Shown here: piece after piece, positions 38,597 to 50,043 of the stretch
Numbering within the stretch: the first letter of the stretch is position 1
Layout of the letters: each line of letters opens with the position of its first letter
DNA from: Squalus acanthias
Lineage: Eukaryota
Direction of reading: 5' to 3'
Assembly (NCBI GenBank): GCA_030390025.1
Contig: JASTWF010000070.1
Coordinates: 496,001 to 560,000, forward strand
Length of the DNA stretch: 64,000 bases
Notes under the pieces: model-generated
Seen by the model: only the letters and a program-made list of their open reading frames with translations
The model's database searches: none
Told to the model about the DNA's origin: nothing
Translations under genes and position numbers: made by a program

Positions 38597-38713
38597 CTGA
38601 CCGCCGGTTCCTGCAGCTCCTTCCCGCGGCGACAATAACCATCAGCAGAAGGAGAAGCGCCGCCGCCGAAGTCCCGTAAAGCAGTAATCTGCAGTTGGTT
38701 TGTAGCGGGGACA
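38597..38713 (-). CDS. Gene B stalk and transmembrane exon
   Basis: tttctttcttcag| then VSPLQTNCRLLLYGTSAAALLLLLMVIVAAGRSCRNRRS and G|GTAGCG. 117 nt, phase 1-1. Confidence 0.85.
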
Positions 38714-38904
38714 CTGAAGAAAGAAAAAAAACAACCTTTTATTTTTTTTAAATCACGTAACCCGAGCTTTCTGGTTCTCGCAGAAGGTTCAAAGAGGCCC
38801 AACACCACATTCTCAACCACTAGGGATGGCCAATCAATGCCAGACTTACCAGCGTCCCCCACATCACGAGAACAAATTAAAAATGTTGCTGGAAATCATT
38901 AGAT

Positions 38905-39090
38905 NNNNNNNNNNNNNNNNNNNNNNNNNNNNNNNNNNNNNNNNNNNNNNNNNNNNNNNNNNNNNNNNNNNNNNNNNNNNNNNNNNNNNNNNNNNNNNNN
39001 NNNNNNNNNNNNNNNNNNNNNNNNNNNNNNNNNNNNNNNNNNNNNNNNNNNNNNNNNNNNNNNNNNNNNNNNNNNNNNNNNNNNNNNNNN
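38905..39090. other. Assembly gap in the C1-TM intron of gene B
   Basis: N run. Confidence 1.
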
Positions 39091-41180
39091 AGACAAATAG
39101 ACAGACAGAACTATATAACCATGAACCTATCGAAGGGTAGTGCAGAGAAGGAGACTATGAGGCCCTCCATGTTTGTGCCGGCTCTATGCTAGATGGATCC
39201 AAAACTAATCCCATTACCCGGCTCTCTCTCCATATTCCTGTATCAATCCAAAACGAATCCCAAAGAACACTTATTCCCCTGTGATGCACCACTTCCAATC
39301 CTTCGCCAATCCGAGGAATACCCATTTACCCTATCTCCTTATGTTTTGAATGTCACCTAACTTTCCATCCATGCTGACACATCTCCTTCACACCAAACCC
39401 CTAAATTGTTTCCCAACAGCCTTCTTGTGCGACACTTTATCAAACGCCTCCTGGAATTCCATACACGTTACATCTACTGCAATCCCTTTAACTATCCAAT
39501 CGGTTCGTTCCACAAAAGCTCTTTTAAATTTGTTAAACACGACTCCACTTTCACAATTCGGTGCTGGTTGTCCTTAACTAGCCCAGCCATTTTTAACTGC
39601 TCACCACAGTCAGTTCAAATTACGGATTCTAAGTGTTTGTCCGCAACTCATCTGATATATGGTAGCCCAAGTGACACCTTTCTCCTCTCTTAGATGAAAC
39701 GTTAGATAGAAACCGTTTGGGTCGGAAGAATAAGGAGGTCACATACTCCTTGGAAAATAAGTATCTAAATGGAGCAGAGGAGCAGTGGGATCTGGAGGTA
39801 CAGATACACAAATCACTAAAAGTAGCGACGCAGGTTAATAAGGCCATAAAAGCAAACCAAGGACTGGGGTTCATTTCTAGAGGGCTAGAATTGAAAAGCA
39901 GAGAAGTTATGTTAGATTTCTGCAGAAACTTGGTTGGACCACACTTGGAATACTGTGAACATTTCTGGGTTCCATAATATAAAGAGGATATATAGACACT
40001 GGAGAAGATACAAAAAGATTTACTAGGATGATACCAGAATTGAGACGTTATGCCTATCAGGAAAAATTGAACAGGCTGGGCTCCTTTCTCGACAAAAGTG
40101 AGGACTGAGAGGTGACCTGATAGAGGACTTTAGATTATGAAAGGGTTTACATAGAATTACATAGGATATACGGCACAGAAACAGGCCATTCGGCCCAACC
40201 AATCCATTCCGGCGTTTATGCTCCACTCGAGCCTCCTCCCGTCTTTCCTCATCTAAATCAATCAGCTTATGCCTCTATTCCCGGCTCCCTCACATGCTTG
40301 TCCAGCCTCCCCCTTCAAATGCATCTATACTATTCGCTTCAACCACTCCCTGTGGTAGCGAGTTCCACATTCTCACCACTCCCCGTGTAAAAAGTTTTGT
40401 CCTGAATTCCCTATTGAATTTCTTGGTGACTATTTTATATTGATGGCCTCTAGTTATGCTCTACCCCACAAGTGGAAACATTCTCTCTCTATCTACACTG
40501 TCAAAACCTTTGATAGGGTCGACGTAGAGAAGATCTTTCCAATTGTGGGGGGGGGGGGGCGCTTGGGATCAGAACTAGGCGCCACAACTAAAAGATAGTT
40601 ACTATTAAAACCAATTGGGAATTCAGGAGAAACTTCTTTACCCAGAGAGCGGTGAGAATGTGGAACTCGCTACTACAGGGAGTGGTTGAGGCGAATAGTA
40701 TAGATGCATTTAAGGGGAAGCTGGATAAACACATGAGGGAGAAACGAATAGATGGATATTGATGGGTTTATAATGAAGTGGGATGGGTGGGGACTCGTGT
40801 GGAGCATAAACACCGGCACGGACCTGTTGGGCCGAATGGCCTGTCGCTGTGCTGTACATACTGTGTAATACAGATACCTACATGCAGGTATCGAGAGAGA
40901 AAGTGATAAACTGGAAATGGCAATTATATGTTCCAATTTTACGCATGGACAGCTCAGACAGATTCCTTCTCTCCCACCATATACGTATGGCCTAGCTAGT
41001 CAGATGGACTTTATAATTCAGAAAGCTCAACACTGCAACATTGAGAGGGGTAAATGATTGGGTAATTCTACATGGACACGCAGAAAGGGAGAGACTTTGA
41101 ATGTATAAAGTGATATTGCGAACAATTAACTCTTACATCAGCACGGAAGATATTAGTAAAGTGTCACTGCCAATAGTTAC

Positions 41181-41482
41181 CTCTCTGAGATGAGACACTT
41201 TCACTGATCAGATCCCCACTGGAGTTGATTGGAACGGCGCAAGTACAGACAGCGCCGCTGCTCCAAGTTTCCGCCGAGACGCTGATGTGATTCCTTACAC
41301 TGTAGGTCCCGCCGGGTCTATTGTCCCGGAATCGCTCGGTTCCTCGGTAATCTGTCCGGAAACATTCCAGCGAACGGGAAGGGAATCGAGAGACATGCTT
41401 TTCACCAAACACATCAATGGGACCCTTTCCAGCGAGGGAATTTCATCCGGCGGCGGAGCTAAGAGAAAGATTTCCGGAGACC
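41181..41482 (-). pseudogene. Gene B C1 exon with a frameshift
   Basis: GSPEIFLLAPPPDEIPSLERVPLMCLVKSMSLDSLPVRWNVSGQITEEPSDSGTIDP, then -1 bp at 41311/41312, then GTYSVRNHISVSAETWSSGAVCTCAVPINSSGDLISESVSSQR. 302 nt (303 expected); homologous to gene A C1. Confidence 0.88.
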
Positions 41483-41574
41483 CTGGCGAGTTTGGGGGGT
41501 TAAGATACCATTAATATTCGACGTAAATTGGTCGTTATTTATGATGAAATTAGTAAAACAATCGCAATTCTTAC

Positions 41575-41913
41575 CTGCAATGAGCAATTTCGTGCCGTTT
41601 CCGAATATCAAGGGCATTCCGCTATATTTCTTAGCTGCGCAGTAATAGACCCCCGAATCATTCCTCTGGACATCTTTCACAATCAGAGAGTAAATACTGG
41701 ATTCGTTGTTAACTTCTCCGGAAAATCTTCCTTCGGGAGGCATGTACTTACCCACGCTGTAAACTAGCTGTAGATGCTCTCGGTGCTGCTGCTTATACCA
41801 GTGTACAGCTTCTACTGCTAACCAACCCGTGTGACAATCCATCTTAAAGATACTTCCAACGGAGACAGTCAGAAACGGCGGATTCTGGCGGAAAACTTCC
41901 TGAGAGACAATAA
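41575..41913 (-). CDS. Gene B germline VJ exon (intact)
   Basis: VIVSQEVFRQNPPFLTVSVGSIFKMDCHTGWLAVEAVHWYKQ...RFSGEVNNESSIYSLIVKDVQRNDSGVYYCAAKKYSGMPLIFGNGTKLLIA, then G|GTAAGA. 339 nt. Confidence 0.93.
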
Positions 41914-42548
41914 CTGCGAGAACAACATATTCACAAGAGGGTCTGTTACACGGCAGAAAAAAACACCGCTTCCTATAAAGAAACGGGCACAGTAGTAAAC
42001 TGTGAATAGGACCATCCGATCATTAATGATCATGGATACCAATATCTAAATGAGTCAAATGATGGGGGTTAAAATTGAGTCTATAACAGGAGAAAGAATG
42101 AAAGGAAGAAAGAAAGAAAGAAAGAAAGGAAGAAAAATCTTTACAGCCAATGAATTACCTTTTGCAGTGTAGTCGCTATTGGAATGTAAGAAACGCGGCA
42201 GCCAAATTGCGCACAGCAAGCTCCCACAAACAGCAATATGATAATGACCAGGTAATCTGTGATGTTGATTGAGGGATATAATATTGGCCCCAGGATACCG
42301 GGCAGAACTCCCCTGCTCTCCTTCCAATAGTGGCCGTGGGATCTTTTCCCTACACCTGAGAGGGCAGACGGGACATCCAATAGATGGAAAATATTGACAT
42401 TTGGTCTAATTTCATTCGCCTGAGATAATCCAGTCCATCAACATGACACTAATATTACAGAATACAGCGCGCTATCTTCTACTTGTCTGACTAGCTCAAT
42501 GATCTTACGCTTGAACTCCGCCATGTATTAGAAGCACATAAGACTGAC

Positions 42549-42591
42549 CTGGAAAGAGATGGAACAGCGCGCAGGGAGTTAAGAAGCTCAT
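42549..42591 (-). CDS. Gene B leader exon
   Basis: MSFLTPCALFHLFP then G|GTCAGT, phase 1. Confidence 0.75.
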
Positions 42592-43399
42592 TGTCTGCGA
42601 CCGAGACGCTTGCTGTGAGCTGCACACTGAACACTTTGCTGGGATATCTTTGCGCTGGGCCCGGCTCGCAAGAGATGTGAAAGGCAGAGCTGCGGAAATT
42701 TCGTGCTTGCGTTTTAAAAAGAGCAAGGCTGGAAAATACAGCGCAATGTCAAGGCTCGCTGCGGGTTTCCTGTTGACACATTAAACGCCCACGCACAGGT
42801 CTGACTGCAAAGGGCAATGCATTCCAGCTCGTGTTGAACAGGCGTGAAAGGCGGCGAGCAGTGCAGGCTGATTAAACTGTGAACTGAAGGCAGGCACTGC
42901 AGAATTACATGCACCGGATTGGTTGTGTCACTCTTGTGGGCGCGAGGATATGATTCTATTCCGAGTGTTGCTTTTTATTGGTCCAGAACGCATTCATTCA
43001 TACACCCTTACTTGTACCAACAAAAATAGACCAGATTGAAGAAAGGTGCAATCATCTCTTATTATACCAGCCGCGGCTCAGTGGGCAGCACTCTCGCCTT
43101 CGAGTCAGAAGGTCGTGGGTTCATGATTCCACTCCAAAGACTTGAGCACAAAAATCTATGCCGACACGCCAGTGCCAGTATTGGGACGTGCTATAAGAGG
43201 TGACAGTCTTTCTTTCTTTAACTGTTTCACCCAGTATCTGAATGCCGCCTGTGTCTTTGTTGCAGGATTTGATTCTGTTACTCATCCTGTGTCAGCCGTG
43301 GCTCAGTGGGTAGCACTCTCGCTCTGAGGCAGAAGGTCAGACATTTGTTCAGGTCCCACCCCAGAGACTTCAACACATAATCCAAGCCGACACTCCCAG

Positions 43400-43635
43400 T
43401 GCGGTACTGAGGGAGTGCTGCACTGTCGGAGGGGCAGTACTGAGGGAGCGCCGCACTGTCGGAGGGGCAGTACTGAGAGTGCGCCGCACTGTCGGACGGG
43501 CAGAACTGAGGGAGCGCCGCACTGTCGGAGGGGCAGTACTGAGGGAGCACCACACTTTCGGTGGAGCAGTACTGAGGGAGCGCTGCACTGTCGGAGGAGC
43601 AGTACTAAGGAGGCGCTGTACTGTTGGAGGGGCCG
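43400..43635 (+). repeat. 33-bp minisatellite (~7 units) inside a SINE
   Basis: Same unit as 25985-26290. Confidence 0.88.
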
Positions 43636-46600
43636 ACTTTTGTATGCACCGTTAAACCGAGGCCCCGTCTTCTCTCTCAGGTAGCGGTGAAAGATCCCAG
43701 GGCCACTATTGGAAGAAGAGCAGGGGAGTTCTCCTCGGTGTCCTTGTCCAACATTTATACCTCAGTCAACATCAATAAAAGAGATGTCCTGATGATTATC
43801 ATACTGCTGTTTGTGGGAGCTTGATTGCATTCAATGTTTTGCAACACTTTCTTGTTGTATCAGATACTGTGTCTGAGCAATCAAACACTGCATTACTATA
43901 GAATACCTTAACTTTGATAAAGATTGAAGCAAAGTTGACAATATTATATTTGGTGTGTAAAACAATTTTGAGGTTTGACCCTTCGGTACTTTGCACATAG
44001 GTAGTTAATGATCATCCTCCTTCGAATGGGATGAATGGGAAAGGGTTCAGCCACTGGAATTGTGCAAAATGAGAATTAACTGAGAGTTTTTCCCGTTGCA
44101 TACAAAAGCATTCAATTAAAAAGACTTGCGTCCATCGGAGTTCCTTGTAATAGGAGTGAATGCGGGGAGGGGTCGCTCTCTTTGAATTCTATACATGTAA
44201 AATGAGCAGAAAGAGGGTTTCTGCATTCAGGTTCTATATAATTACAACGAATGGACAGTTTGTTAATTAAGTTAGAGTCAGGCCGTTCAGGAAGCACTTC
44301 TTCACACAAAGGGTAGTGAAAATCTGGAACTCTCTCCCCCAAAAAGCTGTCGAGGCTGGGAATCAATTGCAAATTTCAAAACTGAGATCGATAGATTTTT
44401 GTTGGGTGAGGGTATTCAGGGTCACAGAACCAAGGCAGTTAAATGGAGTTCAGATACAGATCAGCCATGATCTCATTGGGTTGTGAGACAGGCTCGAGGG
44501 GCTGAATGGCCTCCTGCTGTTCCTGACTTTAATCTTTGTATCGATATATTTTTTTAAAGAACAACTTATGCCAGAAAATAGCAGTAAGAGTGTATACCTC
44601 TTGGCTGGGGAGTCTAGAACCAGGGATCACAGTCTCAGAATAAGGGGTCGGCCATTTAGGACTGAGATGAGGAGAAGTTTCTTCACTCAGAGAGTGGTGA
44701 ATCTTTGGAATTCTCTACCCCAGAGGGCTGCGGAGGCTCGGTCGTTGAGTATATTCAAGATAGAGATCGACAGATTTGTGAATATTAAGGGGATCAAGGA
44801 ATATGGGGATAGTTCAGGAAAGTGGAGATGAGGTAGAAGATTAGCCATGATCTTATTGAATGGCGGAGCAGGCTCAAAGGGCGGACTGACCTACTCCTGT
44901 TCGTATTTCTTATGATCTTATGTACCACGCAATAATTCACAAACTCCCACCATCATTGTACTTGAATATTTCATAATAACAATGTGAAACAACATTCATT
45001 TTATCGCTCTGACATCCCATCGACTCATTAACTATTTCCAATCAATTAGTCTCAAAATAGATTAATGTTTCAATTTTTATATGGCTGAAACTTAAATCTG
45101 AATGGGGTCGTTCATTTAACCAAACGCCCCCTGGAGGCAACATGTGATCAGGGTGTGTGTGTCTGATGGCGTTTCTCTGTCACCCCCTGGCGAATCCTTT
45201 TCACACTTCAGAGCTGAGGTTTGGAAGCAGCGTGAGCACCACTTCCTTCCTGTGACTCCCAGATATATTGCAATGTTCAATGGACAATGATACCCACAAT
45301 GCACAATCAATTCACGACTTCAGTGGAGCCCGTAATGGTAGAGCGGTCGTTCGGGGTAAATTTGATTCTGGGATGCTGCTATCCCAGTCTCTGTAAAGGA
45401 GAATAATCAGGGGTGTAAACTCTGCTGGTCTGTGTCCCAACTCGCACCAAGTCCCGTTCACACATCACCCCCTGTGCTCGCTGACCTACATTGGCTCCCA
45501 GTCCGGCAAAACAGCACTCCTCTCAGGGGTCCGGTTCGGCCAGAATTCCCGATTAGTATTACACGTTACTGCGAGATGGATTTGTAGTCTGCCTAACTTT
45601 TGAGTATAGAAGCGCCCCATAACATGTGGGAGATATCCCAGCCCGAGGCCAGCTTCAGAGTAGAGTCACAAACCTACAGGAGATGGAATTAGCATTAAAG
45701 ACTGGAGAAATCTGGAGAGATTGGAGTAAAATCACTCACTGTTGACCATATGGAAGCAAATACACTAAACGGCACAAGAGACCAAACCGAACGCTACTGC
45801 GGACAAAAAGGTGAGATTTGCACAGACTAGCATAGAATCCCCTTGAGTATAGAAGATTAAGGGGTGATCTAATTGAGCTGCTTAAGATGATTAAAGGATT
45901 CGACAGGGTAGAGAGAGAGAAACTATTTCCTCTGGTGGGGGTTGTCCAGAACAAGGGGGCATCACCTTAAAATTAGAGCCAGGCCGTTCAGGGATGATGT
46001 CAGAAAGCACTTCTTCACACAATAGGTAGTGGAAATCGGGAACTCTCTCCCCCAAAAAGCTGTTGAGGCTGGGGGTCAATTGCAAATTTCAAAACTGAGA
46101 TTTGATGGATTTTAGTTGGGTAAGCGTATTAAGGGTTACGGAACCAAGACAATTAGATGGAGTTAAGATACAGATCAGCCATGATCTAATTGAATGGAGG
46201 AATAGGTTCGAGGGGCTGAATGGCCACTTCCTGTTCCTGTGTAACAGGCTCCAGGGGCTGAATGGTCTCTTCCTGTTCCTGTGATTCGAACTGGGAAAAT
46301 AAGATGCACGACTCTCTGCCTGAACTATGGGTTGTGTTGATTCTGAGGCAATCTCTTATGTAGCACTGTTACCGTCTGTCGTGCGGATTATCTCACTGAC
46401 CGTAACTGTACATGTACCGGTGGGAGGGGTGAGGTGGGAGGGGTATCGATTAGTAACGCCTCTACTGAGCTCTCCCCCAGACCGAATTAAAATAGCGCCA
46501 AACCGTGTGTAGCTGGGAAATGCCAGGATGACCCCTCTCTGCTGGCTCCAGATCTCATCTGGCTGAAGCTGACAACATCTGAAAGCGAGGTGGCGGAGCT

Positions 46601-48027
46601 GGTCACCTGTACCTGAATGTGCTCTCCATGTAGTGTTTTGGAACTTTATACTAGGAAATCTTTTCCCCGGGAGAGCACACTCTCTCTCGCCACAGACTCG
46701 CCACCCTCGACCCAGACTGTTCGCAATCTCAGGGCCCTATTCCACTCATATCTGAGTTTCTCGGCCCATGACCTGTCCGCCTCAAAGGTCACCTACATTC
46801 AACTAGCTTATCTTTCCTGCCTTCCCCGCTAACTCAGTCCACCTGCCGTTAAACCCTCAACGAAGCCTTTGTTACCTCCTAACGTGACTTGTCCAATGCT
46901 CGCGGCACCCCTACCTAAGACTCTTGGTAGTCTTGAGCTCATCCAAATCTCTTCCGCCCGTAGCCCATCCCCCACAAGTCCCACTCACTCACCATCCACG
47001 GTCTTGCTGAACTGCAGGGACTCCTCATCCCCCAAGGCCCCCAATTTAATATTGTCATCCCCTTGTTCAAATACGTTCATGGCTTCGCCCCTCCTTATCT
47101 CTGTAACACCCCCATCCCTATCTACCCCCAGCACTCTGTGCCCCCCGAATCTGGCACTAGAGAAGATGCAATGAAAGATTACAAGGATGATACAGAACTG
47201 AGAGGTTATAAATATCAGGAAAGATTGAAAAGGCTGGAGCTCTTTTGTATCGAAAAGAGAAGGCTGGGGGTGACCTGATAGAGGTCTTAAAGATTATGAA
47301 AGGGTTTGATAGGGTAGACGTAGAGAAGATGTTTCCACTTGTTGGGAATACCTAGAACTAGGGCCCATCAATATAAGATAGTCACTAATAAATCCAATGG
47401 CGAATTCAGGAGAAACTTCTTTACCCAGAGAGTGGTGAGAATGTGGAACTCGCTCCCACAGGGAGTGGTTGAGGCAAACAGTATAGATGCATTTAAGGGG
47501 AAGCTAGATAAACACATGAGGGAGAAGGGAATAGAGGTTTATGCTGATAGTGTTAGATGAGCAAGGATGGGAGGAGGCTCGAGTGGAGCATAAACACTGG
47601 CATGGGCCAGTTGGGCTGAAAGGCCTGATTGTGCTGTACATTCTATGTAATCCATTTAATGTCCCTTTATGTGCTGAGTAAAGACGGACCACTTTAAGCT
47701 CGTGGCAGCATTTCATGTTTATTAAGAGCTGTGTTACACAAGTTCCCAATCACAATATGGTCACCGAATAAAGGGAAATCTATTCTCATTCTACACACAG
47801 CGAAATTTTACACACAAGATATTGCGTACAATTGTTCAGAAAGGTCCATCTCACAAAGCTAGACAATCATTTCGTTCCCTTCTAATATTAGATAACCTTC
47901 GGATTGTTTGCCGAAATATGACATTGCTACAGCGATTACATTGCATAAAAAGGTGGATTGTATACATTGAATGATTTGTTTCATGACATTAAACACGAGC
48001 AAAAATCCGCTGACAACTTGCACCGCC

Positions 48028-48356
48028 TCAGTCGGAACACGAGGAGGCGCTGATGGTCTTGAGAAGAGGCGACCTCAGGGAGCCGTGGCTGACGCTGCAA
48101 GAATAGCTGGAGCCCTTGTTCCAGGCGGCGGCGGGGACTCTCAGGTAACTGCTCAGGCTGTAGGTTTGATCGCTGTCCGGGGACACGGCGCCTGTCGTCA
48201 CCCCGCTGTCTGTCTCATGGTCATCCACGCTCCAACGGAGCCGCACCAAGCCCGGCTTAAAGCGACTCACCAGGCAGGACAGAGTGGCCGATCCCGAGCC
48301 GATTTCTTCCGAGGAGGGAGGGAGGACAAGAACCGATGGGCTTCGATCCTCGCTGC
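48028..48356 (-). CDS. Ig light chain constant exon, cluster 2
   Basis: 329 nt, phase-1 acceptor cacag|GC, open. Nearly identical to the cluster 1 C exon. Confidence 0.95.
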
Positions 48357-48909
48357 CTGTGTGTGGGGGGGGAAGAAAATTCATTAGTTTATGGAATCCG
48401 TCAGCAGTGGGACGCTCTGATCTGAAATCAAAGACGACAAAGAACCCCGAACAACATTCACTTTAAAATAAATTACTGATTAATACAGGAGTTCCAATAA
48501 ATTCTTAAATCTTTAATTCCTCTGCTCCTCTGCCAATTCTTTTGCCGACATTCCAAAAGTGACTTGGTTCAAAAGTACTTCATTGGGTGTAAAGCGCTTT
48601 GGGACGTCCTGAGGTCGTGAAAGGAGCTGTAGAAATACAAGTCTTCCTTTAATCCTTTCTTTCTTTCTTTGTCACTTTCCTTCAACAGAAAATGCTGGAA
48701 ATACAGACCGGGTAAGTCAGCCTGTGAGAGGCGGAAAGATCAGTAACTGACCAGTTCAGGTGCAGGTTACACCCCCGGAACCGCACTACCCTGTCTGTTC
48801 CCGTTACAGACACTGACCGACCGGCCGTGTATTCCCAGCATTGTCTGTTTTTATTTGATTTCCTAAAATTGCAGTTTTTTCCTTTGTACTTGAACATAAT
48901 AAAGCGTTT

Positions 48910-50043
48910 TCTCAACCGAGGATTCCCCTCTACCGTGGTCGACACGGCCTTCGACCGTGTCCGTTCTATCTCCCGCACTTCTGCCCTCACCCCTGCCCCT
49001 CCCTCCCGGAACCACGATAGGGTTCCCCTTGTCCTCACCTTTCACCCCACAAGCCTCCACATTCAACGAATCATCCTCCACCATTTCCGCCACCTCCAGC
49101 GTGATCCCACCACCAAACACATTTTCCCCTCACCTCCCCTTTCAGCATTCCGTAGGGACCGCTCCCTCCGCGACACCCTGGTCCACTCCTCTACCACCCC
49201 CAGCACCCCTTCCCCTTCGCCCGGCACCTTCCCATGCACGCGCAGGAGATGCAACACATGCCCTTATACCTCCCCTCTTCCCACTGTCCAGGGCCCCAAA
49301 CACCCCTTCCAGGTGAAACAGCGATTTACTTGTACTTCCTACAATTTAGTATACTGTATTCGCTGCTCACGATGTGGACTCCTCTACATTGGGGAGACCA
49401 AACGCAGATTGGGTGACCGCTTTGCGGAACAGCTCCGTTCAGTCCGTAAGGGGGACCCCGAGCTCCCGGTGGCCTGTCACTTTAATTCACCGCTTCACTC
49501 CCACTCTGACCTCACCGTCCTCGGCCTATTACACTGTTCCACAGAAGCGCAGCGTAAGCTCGAGGAACAGCACCTCATCTTTCGTTTAGGCACGCTACAG
49601 CCCTCTGGACTCAATATCGAGTTCAACAATTTTAGATCATAACCTCAGCTCCAATCACATTTATATTTTATTTTTATTTGCCCCCCCCCCACCTTTTTTT
49701 TTCCTCCTAGAAGCTGGCAGCTGTCCTTCATTCTGCCAGTGGATTTCACACTTCATTCAGACTTAATCTGTCACATTAACACCACCTCTAGCCTTGCATA
49801 TCTCTTAATGTCTCTTAATGTCTCTTCATCTCCCCCTTTGTTCCTTTATCCCCTCCCCCTTTTCCCAGCTTTACCCTGGCCTTAAATCTATTTGATTTCC
49901 GGCTCTTCCCAGTTCTGATGAAAGGTCATCGACCTGAAACGTTAACTCTCTTTCTCTCTCCACGGATGCTGCCTGGTCTGCTGAGTTTTTCCAGCGTTTT
50001 CTGTTGTTATTTCGGATTTCCAGCATCCGCAGTATTTTGCTAT
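48910..50043 (+). mobile_element. Penelope-like retroelement (GIY-YIG C-terminus plus 3' UTR) in the J-C intron of cluster 2, with a 15-bp target-site duplication
   Basis: ORF contains CNTCPY...NLVYCIRCSRCGLLYIGETKRRLGDRFAE...GLNIEF. CATAATAAAGCGTTT occurs at 48895-48909 and 50044-50058; clusters 1 and 3 have a single copy of the site. Confidence 0.9.

Larger units (their letters stand above)
35507..42591 (-). pseudogene. Gene B: non-rearranging VJ-C1-TM-ITIM/ITSM-like receptor with a 1-bp deletion in C1
   Basis: Exons 42591-42549 (L), 41913-41575 (VJ), 41482-41181 (C1), 38713-38597 (TM), 38453-38395, 35551-35507. All GT-AG and phase-compatible once one base is restored in C1. Confidence 0.87.

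Noticed and set aside
41575-41913. Calling gene B a conventional TCR chain because of FGNGTKL
   Set aside because: It has no RSS, D or J array, a 92-bp V-C intron, no charged residue within the TM, and a multi-exon Tyr-motif tail.
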